From Leptogorgia sarmentosa (lineage: Eukaryota), in contig OZ210885.1 of NCBI GenBank assembly GCA_964658305.1, forward strand, positions 23,746,001 to 23,810,000: a DNA stretch of 64,000 bases, read 5' to 3'. Under the pieces are notes generated by a model that was not told the DNA's origin, did not search any database, and saw only the letters and a program-made list of their open reading frames with translations. The position numbers and the translations under genes are program-made. Shown piece after piece: positions 1 through 12,729 of the stretch. Position 1 is the stretch's first letter. Each line of letters opens with the position of its first letter.

Positions 1-1380
1 CTCCCCAGTGCTGTCCTTTACAATAAATACAGCCTGGGTCCTTGTTTCTACCGTTGGTAAACTCTCCCCCCTTTTGTGTATACCAATTTTGCTCCTTCCT
101 TCTTGGGTTTTCCTGTTCTTTAGTTGGTACCTCTTCTGTTTTGTTACGCTTTAACCACCCCTGTAATGCTGACAACAATTGTTTCATGTTCCAATCTTCC
201 CAATTATCATTGATCCGTACTAAATCAGGTTTAACTTGGGGCAGCTTATTTAAAGTAGACACTACCAACCCCTTTAACATAGCTTCTTCACTCAACGTTT
301 AAAGCGCGTCATAGTTTTTGCAAAGACTTTCATAAAATTCCCATACCTTATCGTAATTTTGTTCCTCTCACCGTCTGTAACTTAATAATTTCCTCCATAT
401 GAGCTGCAATTACTAATTTATCATGACCATACTCCACTTTCAGCCTTTCCCATGCTGTTTGGTAACCTTCTGACCCCGGCTTCAAGTTCGAAAGTCTAGG
501 TCTCACCTTTGGATTCACAAGCTCTAACAGGTATCCAAATTTCTCAGCGTCTGAAACGGGCTTGCTGTCAACTTGGGAGGAAAACATATTCTCGAACCTT
601 ATCCAGTCAGCAGAAGTCCCATTGAAGGGTGATATCTTCAACTCTGGTAGTTTCGATCTACTTGCTTTAGCTTCTTTCTCCATCTGAATTTTCTTCTCAG
701 TCAGCACCAACTCTGCTCTCATTCTTTCCTCCCACATTTCTTTCTCTTGTTGTTGGATCTGCCTACGTACTTGCTCTTCTTTCTCCATCTTTCTCATCGC
801 TACTTCCTCAGCTCTCAAGCTTTCATGTCTCTGTCTTTCATCCAGGGCCCTACACAACCTCGCCCGTTTCTCACATAGTGGTGCATACTTTGCCTTCAAC
901 TCTCCTGTCCACTGCCTGATAGCTCGTTGTGATGACCTTCCCAGCTCGATTTTTAACTCTTGTAACTATGACACCAAGTCGTTCATATTGTCTTGAATCT
1001 GCTGTGTTCGCTTGTATACTTGTTTGATTTCATTAAAATACTCACTTTCTAATAATTCTTGTCCTCGAGATACTGCAGCTTTTCAATCTCTTTTCTAATA
1101 TTTTCCTCCTGATCTTTCTCCTCTTGAGCAAGTTCCACCATATTATTCTCCTCAATTTCTTGTTGTTCAAGTTCTTCCGCCATCTTGGATTTTGTTATAC
1201 CCTCACTTTCTCGTCTTTCTCCGAAAATATCTCCTCATACAATCCTGGTCACGGCACCAAAATGTGCCGAACTTGTGTCGGCACACTAAAACTCGCGGTT
1301 ATAACACTTATAACACGGTTATAATGCTTTTGATTAACATTTAATACCTTTAACAATTTAATGAACATGAACTAAAAGTC
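1..1380 (-). mobile_element. BEL/Pao LTR retrotransposon, 5' part (LTR remnant, PBS, degenerate gag); runs off the window start
   Basis: ORF 348..899(-) has the BEL gag (DUF1759-type) signature KLPELKISPFNG..WIRF..F...V....SDAEKFGYL...Y..AWERLK.EYG. A PBS lies at 1242-1259 next to an LTR end (TGT at 1263). The far LTR boundary is approximate. Confidence 0.85.
1242..1259 (-). promoter_or_regulatory. Primer binding site, tRNA-His-like
   Basis: The minus strand reads TGGTGCCGTGACCAGGAT a few nt after the LTR-terminal ACA, matching the complement of a tRNA-His 3' end. Confidence 0.75.
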
Positions 1381-1473
1381 CCAATTGCATGTGTTTGTTT
1401 TTCTTATCTGGGTCGCCCGCAAACAGGCCTGTTTCCCAGAGGCGACCCAATACCCTTTTCTACAAATGTCCGT

Positions 1474-2484
1474 TCAATAGTAATCCATCAAGGACATCTC
1501 GGAATTGCAACATGTCGTGAACGTGCGAAACAGTTGGTGTGGTGGCCAGGTTTGAGCAATCAAATTCAAAATATGGTGCAAAATTGTCGTATATGTGCCA
1601 CACATTTGGTAAACAAGCCCGAGCCCTTGATTCCTACCGTGTTTCCAGAATGCATATGGCAAGTGTTAGCCATAGACTTCTTTAAATGCGAGAACATTGA
1701 CTATCTACTGGTGGTGGATTACTTTTCGCGATATGTTGAAGTGAGTGCTATGAAGAGGAACAAGACCGCCTCTGAAGTGTGCAGCGCTATGAAATCTATG
1801 TTTTCGCGATATGTTATCCTCGAGAAAGTTAGATCAGACAACAGACCTCGGTTTAATAGTGGAGAATGTCTACAATTTGCAAACGAGTGGGGGATTTGAA
1901 GTTGCTCACAGCAGCCCAAAATACCCTAATCTAACGGCGAGGTCGAACGTGCGGTGCAGACCGTGAAGTGTCTTCAGAAGAAAAAGAAAAAGCTGTATTA
2001 GCTTATCGGTCAACACCATTGGCCTGTGGATATTCGCCAGGCGAATTACTCATGGGGAGAAGGATTCGTACTACAGTTCCAGTGATTCGTACGTTGTTGA
2101 CACCTAAGTGGCCCAATTTTGAGCAGGTACGAGAACAAGAAGCTCAACACAAGGTACAACAGGAAAGTTATTTTAATGCAAGACATCATGCAGCGCCTTT
2201 GCGAAAACGTGCTCCAGGAACAGAAGTTTGTATTACGACTCATCCAGAGCCAGGTGTCATTATCAAGGAAGACGCACATTCACCGCAAAAATATCAAGTC
2301 CAGACTCCTACTGGTTCGATCAAACGTAAACGTGTGCAGTTGCTACCACTTCCTGACGAAGAATCAAGAGAATAAATCGAAGGACCCTAAGATTCCGGAA
2401 CTACCAGAACTTAATATACATTCTAGACCTAGACAGACTTTAAAACTATCTCTAAAAGCCCGCGAAAGTAAAGGACTTCAATAA
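1474..2484 (+). pseudogene. Gypsy-type integrase remnant (H2C2 zinc domain, DDE core, C-terminus)
   Basis: IHQGHLGIATCRERAK.LVWWPG...V.NC.IC, LAIDFF, YLLVVDYFSRYVEV, VRSDN, SNGEVERAVQTVK, LAYRSTPL..GYSPGELLMGRRIRT; stops and frameshifts present. Confidence 0.85.
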
Positions 2485-2559
2485 TAACTGTTTTTTGAAG
2501 AACTTTTTCATTAGTAGAGAAATTCAGTGGAAGCTATAGTTAGGAATTTAGTTCATTAA

Positions 2560-3600
2560 TACATCGAAACATGATAACTTATAGCCATCTTGCAAATTAG
2601 ATGTCCCTCAACCTAATTTATCAGTAAAAGAACTTCGTTTTCGTAAGTTAAAACAGATAAACTTGAACTCTTTTAAGAATTATATTTTGTCGTCCGAATT
2701 ATTCTTGGACAACATGGCAGGATATTAACGAGTTTGGCTAATTGCTATGACAACACCCTTATGCAAATATTGGAAAAGCATGCTCCGCTCAAATGTAAGA
2801 CCATGGTTAAGCGATAACCTTAGGAAGCTCTAGCGGAAGCATAGAAAATTAGAACGGAAAATGTTAAGAACTCCATGTTCTTGTGACAAAGAAGCATATT
2901 GTACGGTGTGTGACGAGTATTCATCCCTACTGAATGAAACTAAAATATCTTATTATACCAACTTGACTGAAGATTGCACAGGCGATTCGAAAAACTTTTT
3001 TGAGTAATTAACATGTTATCGAAAAAGCATCAACCTAATCTACTACCACCTCACGATGATCCCCTTGTCTTGGCTAATCAGTTTGGAGAATACTTCTGTC
3101 GGAAGATAGAACTAATTAAAACAGAAATTGACAGCATCGTTGTTAAGATCCCTGTAGTTGAACACTCGCAGCATGTTCCTAAACTAGAGGCTTTCTCCTC
3201 CCTTTCAGAGGAAAATGTACACTGAATTATTATGTACACAGAGGAAAATGTACACAGAATTATCTAATGCCTCTTGTCAGCTTTATCCTATTCCAACATC
3301 ACAACAACACATGTCAGCTTTATCCTATTCCAACATCACAACAACACTTGTTCCTGTCATTACCAAAATGGTGAACTTGTCTCTAGAAGATTGTGTTGTA
3401 CCCGATAAATGGAAAATTGGTCTGATTTTACCTTCGTTGAAGAAGCAGAATCTCGACTTAGTGTTTTGTAACTTTAGACTTGCGAGTAATTTACCATTTG
3501 TCTCCAAAATTGGTGAAAAGGTAGTGTTATCAGACGTGTTAGGTCACTGTTCAATTAACTCACTTATGCCGTCACATCAGTCGTCCTATTTTGAACGTTT
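2560..3600 (+). pseudogene. Degenerate L2/CR1-group LINE ORF2 fragment (endonuclease-RT linker and start of RT)
   Basis: LEKHAPLK, LANQFGEYFCRKIELIK, ITKMVNLSL...VP..WK...I.P.LKK..LD....NFR..SNLPFVSKI.EKVV, HQSSY; many disablements. Confidence 0.75.
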
Positions 3601-3619
3601 TACTTAGGTGAATCAAAAG

Positions 3620-5030
3620 TTATTGTACAACCATGCAACTCAGTAGTAGAAGTAGCCTATGTCGTGTCAAAGTTATTAGCCTATAGCTATGACTAAGATA
3701 CAAAATGTTGTGGTAAAGGTGAAAGATGTACCTTTTGGTCGAATGTTCATTTTTCTTAACTGTAACTGCACATTTGGTTGAAATGCGTTGAACAGGCATA
3801 AATCCTGAAGGTCCAATGGGGATCTTATCATGTATGCTTGCCACAAGCAGAGGGTTAACATTAAAGCTTGTGTCTGTGATTGGTCGGTACCAAGTAACAC
3901 AGGCAAAGTAAAACGTTGTAAATTCATCATTCAATTTCAGTGAGTGTGAAAAGTAAAATTCAACCAAACCAAATGACATTGTGTTGCAACTGTCACGTAT
4001 TTCTCTGTCTAATGTGGCCAAGATTAAAATGCTCTTTTCTGGAAACATAGTGGTATACACTTTAAACAGAAGAGACCAATCATCATTGTCCACACTCTTC
4101 TCTTTATAAATTGGGTTCACTTTTTTAGCTGTTGCTTCCAATTAATTCCATTTAACGGTGGTTTGTGCAAAAGCTGAGGAGCACAGGAAAAGGAGCAGCT
4201 GAGAAACGGATCGTTTCAGTTTTCCCGAACTCACCACATCTTCAAAGTAAGATTATAAGCCTTTGTCAAGTGACATATTGTCGAGGAACTGTTGTACAGT
4301 TAGCTTCCGCATCAGTTACAGCTCAATTGATCGGTTATTTGTCGTGTAACTTCCCATAATTCCATTATATCTCTCAAAGCTGAAGCACCAGAATGTATGA
4401 ATACGACCATAATCTCGTATTACATCTTTCAAGTGGCAGTGCAAATGCATATTTGGAGTGCAAAAGTAATTTCCATAGGTCGTTTGACATTCTCTAGTAA
4501 ACTTTATCACCATCGAATGGGCTTTTACAACATAATCATTTGATAAAATGGGTTTGCATAATTACCTGCAAGCTAATACGAACGCCTACCGAAAGTGTTG
4601 TTCTGGCGGAACATCTTTGAGAGCATGCAGGGAATAGACAAGCGTCCAATTTTTCCACTGTTGGGCAGTGTAGGAACCGTAATTTGAAGTCTTCAGGTAC
4701 CTCTAATCTCTCAATTTTCTCTTCCAATGTTTGAAGATGTAAGAAAAATAAAGATGAAGAAAAGTCGGCAAAAGAACATGGAATAAACTTTTACAGTAAG
4801 CTGTTGAACTTACAGTAGACCCTGTGCACAACCTCTTTTTGGTACATCTTAATTTGTGTGCCTGACGATGATGACCATCATTCGTACATTTTTCCATTTT
4901 TCGATGTGGACTCCCGAGTAATCTCGCTTTTCACCAAGGCCTCCCTCAAATTTCTTCAAACATTGAGAGCATCCCAGTTCAGTACTATGGCCTTCAAATC
5001 ATTTGAGAGATTTGCAAGTGCACAGAACTG
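3620..5030 (-). pseudogene. EnSpm/CACTA-type transposase remnant
   Basis: TPNMHLHCHLKDVIRDYG.IH.FWCFSFERYNGIMG..TNNRSIE (4316-4513), LGCSQCLKKF near 4950-4980, and a C-terminal FACVTWY...F.PVQRI..KCA segment. Confidence 0.75.
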
Positions 5031-5823
5031 ACCTCCTTAAAATTTACATTTCGATCTCAACCAATCATACTATTAAATTACAAGGAATCACTGTTACTAA
5101 ATTACAAAGAGGCATTATGACGTATTATTAACCCTACATTATATACACTATATTTACATGACGTATCACCTACCCCAAGCAACTGCTGTGCAGAACCGGT
5201 GGCACTTTGCGGGGGAACCTACACATCCCCTCCCCCACCTTGATTCACTAGGAACTAGATTCACATGATCTCACCTATGACAAGAGTGGAACCGTGAATC
5301 AGTAATTCAGTATGATGACAATATAATGTGGGCAACATGTTTGAATATGTTGATAAAGCAGTTAAAATGTTCTTTATATATCAGCAATGAATCTAGAGAT
5401 TTAAATTTATTATCATTATTGGTAGAAAACCTGTATTTGGCTTGTCATGCACAATTTAAAATAGCTACTGTTAACTGCCGCTGTGTGTATTATATTAAAG
5501 ATTTAGTTGGCCGTCATTGCAATTGCAATTCGTAAGTAGCGGGCAAACTCAGATGTGTAACACAGTAGAACTTGTCACAACAAGATAACCATAATTTTAA
5601 ATCAGTTGATGACAGGCAACATATTTGCTAGCCTGTGTCATCCTGTATTAACCCCGTACTACAGTCTGTGAAAACTCGTGCGATTGCTTGTCGAGCTACT
5701 CAGATATGAGTAGTAGATTGTGATTGGCCAAAGATCATTAAGTTATTTTGATTGCCTATGATTGGTTAATTTCTCATGACAGTAAAACCTGTTTATAATA
5801 TAGTCAGATTCAGAAGCATCCAA

Positions 5824-5958
5824 TATGGCGGGGACAACAGCTTTAAAATAGCGTTCGAAAAAGCATCCAAAGAAGTGTGTAATGTGTTTGGAATAAGTGC
5901 ACTGTACGACAAACAGAAAGAAGCTTTAGGACATGATGTTTTTGTCAACCTACCTACA
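5824..5958 (+). pseudogene. RecQ-like SF2 helicase, 5' fragment up to the start of Walker A
   Basis: FGISALYDKQKEAL..GHDVFVNLPT stops at the CRE insertion and resumes at 15567 as ACFQAVP. Confidence 0.7.
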
Positions 5959-6066
5959 TATGATAAATATAGGAAAGATTTATTCACAGTTTGAGCATAG
6001 CATAGGTACATGTACATTTAAAAATATATAAAATCCATTAAAGCAATTCATTTAAAAAGGTTCAAG

Positions 6067-6536
6067 TTAGTACAAAGTGTCAAACAAACTAGTATTATTC
6101 ATATAAAAAGGAACTCTAGTGCCCCTCAGACATAGAAGGGAAGATCTCAGCAGACAAAAAGAGAGTTTCGTACATAGCCAGGACATAGTTATTGAGTATG
6201 GTTTGCCAAATTTGGCTGCCAGCTTTGTAGCAAGAATCTTGTGAAATCTCGCACATTCTTTACCCATCGCACCATTTGTTCCAAAGACCAGTGGTGTAAA
6301 AACTGCTTGCTCAATTTCAATTACTCTTCGATTATATTCCCTTTTCTTCTCATTCTCATGACGTGAGAGAATCTTGTGGGTTGGCAGTGACTTATAGGAC
6401 GCGGCGTTAAGGTGTGCTACTCTTATATAAAAAAATGCACTTTGGCCATGCCTATAGAAGCCCCTAGCTTTCACATCAAGTCGTGATTCATCTTCTGTGT
6501 TTGTTGATCTCAAGGCAAATTCTTCTCCTGTAACCG
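6067..6536 (-). pseudogene. CRE ORF, 3' part: restriction-like (PD-D/ExK) endonuclease
   Basis: Removing the RTEX insert and one AACCG copy restores EPPLQPV-TGEEF in frame. Confidence 0.85.
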
Positions 6537-6747
6537 CCATCTTGGCCAGCGCACGTGCTCTGATGCATTCCGCCAAATAATTCGTTTTTTCTGAAGATTT
6601 AATGTCAGAGACTGCCTGAAATCAACTACTTAAAGAAATAAAGGTAAAAAGCATACAAATCCATACTTTTTGCCTCTAAATAAGCAATCAAAAAGAAGAT
6701 ATTTCGACAATAATCACTACGACCGACGCGCAATTTATGCAGCCAAC

Positions 6748-8792
6748 ATGGCGAAGGAATCGACGCCAGCAGACACAACATGGAAAAGATACACCATGGA
6801 CAGTTTATCTCCTTCTAACTGTAAACGGGTACCGCACGAAGAATTAGACTATACCATATACAAAACTGGAAATCATGTAGCGTTCATGACAAACGCGGAA
6901 CGACTACCGATTTGGATAAAAGCCATATACAGAAAATACATGGAATATGTCATCATAAACACGAACATATCTTGTCAATGGCTGGAACATCAAAACCAAA
7001 CCAGAGACGAGAAATGCGACAAGATCATCATCAACCTATACGCGAAAGAAAAAGACAACATCCTAACAATTACAGTCGACATCACAACAGGACGGATCAA
7101 CATACAAGGACCAAACGAACGCGTGATCAAACAATGGGGAAAATCAGAATTCGATCATCTACTCAACATGGTAAACCAACCTGATGAAGAAAAATGGAAC
7201 CTAGAAAAGACAAAACTCTTCACCGACAACATCCTTAACAAAACCAAAACAGAAAATCTATCCACGCCATCAACAAACGACACCACTCCAGCTCGAGAAA
7301 GAATCTTCAATAACTTCAAATCACAACTTGCCAACCTCGAAGCAGAATTCGTGCTATACAAAAAAGAGAATAACAAACACATCGATGAACTCTCATCACA
7401 CCTGGAGCAGAAAGAAAACGAAATCAACCACCTACAAAATGAAGTAGCAGAACTTAAAAAACTAAACAAACAAAAACAAGAAACCATCTGTGACTTTAAA
7501 ATTAAACAACTTGAAATGGAAACAAAAATCAATACTCTGAACGACAAACACCAGAAGCTCGAAGAAAAATTCTCCCACCTTACCTCCCCAGTACACAAAG
7601 AAGAAGAAGAAACCACAAACCCACCTGCACTATCACCAACCAGTGAAGAAATCACCTATAACATCCCAACCTCAAACTGCTACGAAACCCTGAACCACCA
7701 CAATGAACCTGAAACAACACCTGAAAAATCAAACAACACTGACGAACACACCTCCCATGAAAGTGAAGAAACCACCCAAAAACCTGAAACTCCTCAATCT
7801 TCACAAACCCCACAACATACCCCCCCAGCAACGACTGAGCATCCTATCAACCACCAAACCATCATCCTATGCGACAGCAACGGCCGCTTTCTACAACCAA
7901 ATATCCTATGCCCCGACTCAACCACAAAATACATCCGCTGTCCCACCCTATCCAAAGCCCAAGAAATCCTCAATGATGAGACACTACCCAACCCAAACAC
8001 CCTTATTATCCATACAGGAACAAACGACCTGGAACACCAAAAATCAAACCACCACCTCCTACTCAAATATAAAGAAATTATAAAAACAATAAAAGAAAAA
8101 TACCCCAACTGCAGAATCCTAATTTCCTCCCTCCTACCACGAAAAGACACCCTAAACCAACGAGCACATGACATAAACAACAACCTGCAAGAAATTGTAG
8201 GAAAATCTCCCAACACCGTCCTCGTTGAACACAAGAACATCCACAAAGATGACCTCCACGACAAAAAGCACCTGAATCAACATGGCGTAAAAATTTTTGC
8301 CATGAATATCAAGGCTAGCTATTACAACACCACACCAAAGAGAACACCCAGAAGAAAACCCTACCATCCCTCAAATAATTCAGGCCCTCCCTTCACCAGA
8401 CCAAATTATTATCCACCACCAATACCCCCCGAACCTCATTGCCTTCCTACCCTTTCCCCCAATTTACCCATCCAAATAAGAAAACACCACCAATGCCTCA
8501 CCTCAACCTCACATCAAAAAAACAACCACCATTCAACACCAACTTCCAAGCACCTTTCCCCCCTTCCCAACCCTTCACACATCTCACCCACAACCCACCA
8601 ACCTATGCAGACCAACTGAAAAAGAACGAACCCCTACACCACAATCCTCCCCAACACCCACCAATCCCCTCCCATTCCACAAGCAAACCCACAGAAAACC
8701 ATGGATCAAATTATACAAGATCTCTGCAAGAACCGCCAAATCTACCACGCCAATTGATTGATCTAATACAACAACTCTATGGATACATTTGA
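6748..8792 (+). CDS. RTEX-like ORF1: coiled coil, SGNH/GDSL esterase-like domain, Pro-rich tail (probable frameshift near 8440)
   Basis: IILCDSN, IIHTGTNDL, SSLLPRKD and LHDKKHLN match SGNH blocks; a long heptad-rich region precedes them. Confidence 0.8.
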
Positions 8793-8978
8793 AGAAAATA
8801 TGTAAGTACAATAAATTACTATAATTCTTCCATACACATTAGATAAAACATTAATATGAAATTGTTATCTAAAAAATAGACCTAATAGACTAACCAATAT
8901 AGTTAAGACTAACCTCTTCCCTTTTTCTCTCCTTTCATGGCAGTCTCTTTCATATATCTTTTTAAATCACAACCCCTA

Positions 8979-11900
8979 ATGAATCGAGAAATATCATTTA
9001 GTACCTGGAACATCAATGGCATATCAAACAACATCCTTGGAGATAAGACAAATAACAAGGATTTTGTTAATGCCATCTCAAACACTGACTTCATGTTTCT
9101 CACAGAAACCTGGAGTAATCAAAATATTACCATTCCTGGATTTGAGATTATTCACTCTACTCTAGCAAAATCCATGCCGCCAATCGGGGGGCATCAGCCT
9201 TTTATACAAAAGTAAATTCAAAAACTATCACAATTGCTAAAAAAACAAAAAATTTCTTATGGTGCAAAATTTCCAAAGAAATACTGAATTTTGCCACAGA
9301 CATTTACATCTGTGGTACCTACATACCCCCTGAAAAATCAAAATATTTTGACCAAGAAATATTTGAAGAACTTGAAAACGACATAATCCAGTTTTCATCA
9401 AAAGCCAATGTAATAATACTTGGTGATTTCAATGCCAGAACAGCCAAACTTACTGACTCTGTATCAAATGAAGGAAACAAACACATCAATGATACCAGTG
9501 ATGACTCCTTCTGCCCCCAAGAAAGACAAAACTTTGACCCCACAATTAACAACCATGGCAAAAAGCTAATAGAAATCTGTAAAAACTGTGACACAAGGAT
9601 CCTAAATGGACGAACCCTAGGTGATTCACTAGGCAGACCTACCTTCCATGGACAAAATGGAACAAGTGTTGTCGACTACATAATATGTAGCCAAAATTTA
9701 TTACAAAATACTAAACACCTAGTCGTTAAACCCCCAAACTATCTTTCTGACCACAGTCAAGTTATTGCCTGGCTCAACATACAAAGAGACATGCAAAATG
9801 AAATAGATTATCAAAATAAAACAAAAACAAATCTAGAAAAATTACCATTTCAATATATTTGGACCAATGACTCCAAAGATCTCTTTGTCAAACAACTAAA
9901 ATCAAACGAAATCAAAATCAAACTAGAACAATTCCTAAATAATGACTATCCCGAAAACAAAGAAGGGATTAATCAATGTGTGAACGAATTTCAAAATATT
10001 ATACTTGAAGCATCCAAACGATCCATGAAAATAAAAAGAAAAAAACGTCGTACCCGAACCAACAATTTAAACAAAAAATGGTTTGACAAAGAATGCCGGA
10101 TAAAAAGACACAACTTGAGAAAACTCGCCAACAAAAAACATGATGACCCAAACAATAATGAAATCAGAAATGCATATCACATTGCCCTGAAAGACTATAA
10201 AAATACCCTAGAAACGAAAAGGAACAAATTCCAACAAGACAGAATCGAAGAATTAGAGAATGCCACCAATGACCCCACATTATTTTGGAAACTACTAAAA
10301 AATACCGCTGACAACATTGACCATAGTGAAAATACCAACACACACCATCACACGATCAATGGTTAAACCACTTCGAAACACTCCACTCAGAACACACCCT
10401 AACGAAAAAACAAGATGAAATACTAGAACTCCTAGAGACATCCGAAAAAACTAAAAACAAATTTGATGAACTCGACACAAATATTACCGAAAATGAATTA
10501 TTCACTGCAACCAAGAAATTAAAAACAAAAAAAGCGGTTTACAGTGACAAAATAAGAAACGAAATGATAAAATCTAGCGCTGATATCCTTAAAACTAAAT
10601 TTCAAAAAATTTTTAACAAAATCCTAAAAACAGGAGAGTTTCCTGAAGTGTGGACGGAGGGTCTCATATCACCGATCCACAAATCAGGAAACACTCTAGA
10701 TACCAACAACTACCGAGGCATCTGTGTCTCAAGTTGTATGGGCAAATTATTCTGTTCAATCCTAAACACACGATTAATGAATTTCGTAAATAACAAAAAA
10801 ATTATACATCCTTCACAAATTGGCTTTATGCCTGGAAACAGAACAGCAGATCACGCACGCACTCACCTTGAAAACCCTCCACGACACATTTGTTAAACCC
10901 ACCAACAGCGGGAAAATCTACGCATGCTTTGTCGACTTTAGGAAAGCCTTCGATTCTGTCTGGCACCAAGGCCTCTTTTACAAACTATTAAAAAACAAAA
11001 TAGGCGGTCTTTTCTACGACCTGATTAAAAACATGTACTCAAACACAAAATGTGCAATAAAAATTTCTAATAACCGAACACCCTTCTTTCAATATAAGAA
11101 AGGTGTACGACAAGGCTGTATTCTGAGCCCAATACTCTTTAATTTATATATCAACGAAATACCAACACTTTTCGAAAATACTCTATCAGACCCATTTATA
11201 CTACCGAATGGAACCAAAATAAACAGTTTACTATACGCTGATGACTTAGTTATTCTCTCAAGATCAAAATCTGGTCTCCAAAATTGCCTTGACCAACTTC
11301 ATCAATGGTGTACGATGTGGCTAATGCAAGTTAATACAAAAAAGACAAAAATTATGATTTTCCAAAAACACAACTCAAAACAACCTCTCAACCTCAAATT
11401 TCACATCGGAGATAAATTAATAGAAACCACTAAAGAATATACCTACCTCGGACTCAAACTCACCCAAAACGGAAACTTCAAAGCAGCACAGCAACAGCTA
11501 AGTGAAAAAGCACTCCACGCACTATATAAAATAAAGAAAAAACTTGATTTCCACAAACTAACACCAAAACTGGCTCTAAAAATCTTTGACTCTATAATCT
11601 CCCCTATTCTATACATAATTCCGAAGTATGGGGAGCGTACGAAAAAGACAATTTAAACAAATGGGAAACCTCCGATATAGAAAAAGTGAACCTCAGATTC
11701 TGCAAGTTATATCTGGGCGTCAATAAAAAGGCTTCCAATGTAGCCTGCAGAGGAGAACTTGGCAAATACCCTCTTCTATTAACAAGCAAAAAGAACATAA
11801 TAAACTACTTGAAACACATTTCACAACTACCAGAAGACAAAGTCGTGAAACAAACATTAAACATGTCCAAAGACCTCCGTTTGAATAAAAAAGAATCATA

Positions 11901-12480
11901 CTACTCAAATGCAGTCAACTTACTGAAAAAATACTATCCAAATGAACAAAACATCGAATCAAACATCCTAAATTATAACACTACGACAATAGTAGAGAAT
12001 ATGAAAAAGAAATATACTGAATTCTGGTCACACAAAATATCCAACTCCTCAAAACTGACATTCCTTTCCAAAATAAAAAATGAATACACAATTGAGCCAT
12101 ACCTATCTTTCATTAAAAACCCAACAGTGAGAAGAACATTCACACAATTTCGGATACGCAACCATAAACTACAAATTGAATATGGAAGATACCAAAATAT
12201 CCCCCGTGAAGAAAGAACCTGTAAACTCTGCAACTCTCAAAAAATCGAAAACGAATTCCACCTTAGTTTCGAATGCCAAAAATAGGACAACCTCAGAAAT
12301 AAATCAAATCAGATACTTAAAACAATGTTTGATTTGAATTTAATGACAGAAAGTAAAAGAAAACTACTGGATCACATAATGAAGTCTAAAGATCCAGTAT
12401 TAATCAATCTTTTCTCCGAATTCATCGCAAAATGTTTTGCTAGGAGAGAAGATAGTCTCAAATCCAACCAAACAAACTAA
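8979..12480 (+). pseudogene. RTEX-like ORF2: AP endonuclease and reverse transcriptase, several frameshifts and one stop
   Basis: TWNING, FLTETW, ILGDFNART, SVVDYII, LSDH; NYRGICVSSCMGKLF, FVDFRKAFDSV, GVRQGCILSP, LLYADD; RGELGKYPL; RIRNHKL.IEYGRY....EER.CKLC....IENEFH...EC. Confidence 0.85.
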
Positions 12481-12729
12481 TCCTCACTAATTCATTGCAT
12501 GCTATATACTATAAACATCCTTTTAGATAGACTTATATATATATATATATATATATAATATTAGACCTATAATAGATTTATATGCTCTAAAGACTATATT
12601 ATATAGAGACATAATATTACTAATCCCTAATTCTGTTATGTTACATCTAACCCTTTTCTTGTTATACTATACTTTATACGCTTAGCAATACCTGTAAATA
12701 GGTCATGCAAATAAAAGCTTTCAATCAAA

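Larger units (their letters stand above)
6537..12729 (+). mobile_element. Full-length two-ORF non-LTR retrotransposon, RTEX-like
   Basis: AACCG target duplication at 6532-6536 and 12730-12734. The 5' end reads (G)CCATCTTGG and the 3' end AATAAAAGCTTTCAATCAAA. ORF1 has an esterase domain; ORF2 has APE, RT and a C-terminal C2HC-like motif. Confidence 0.85.

Noticed and set aside
7155..8264. Long minus-strand ORFs (166 aa, 156 aa)
   Set aside because: They are antisense shadows of the compositionally skewed RTEX ORF1 and have no recognisable motifs.
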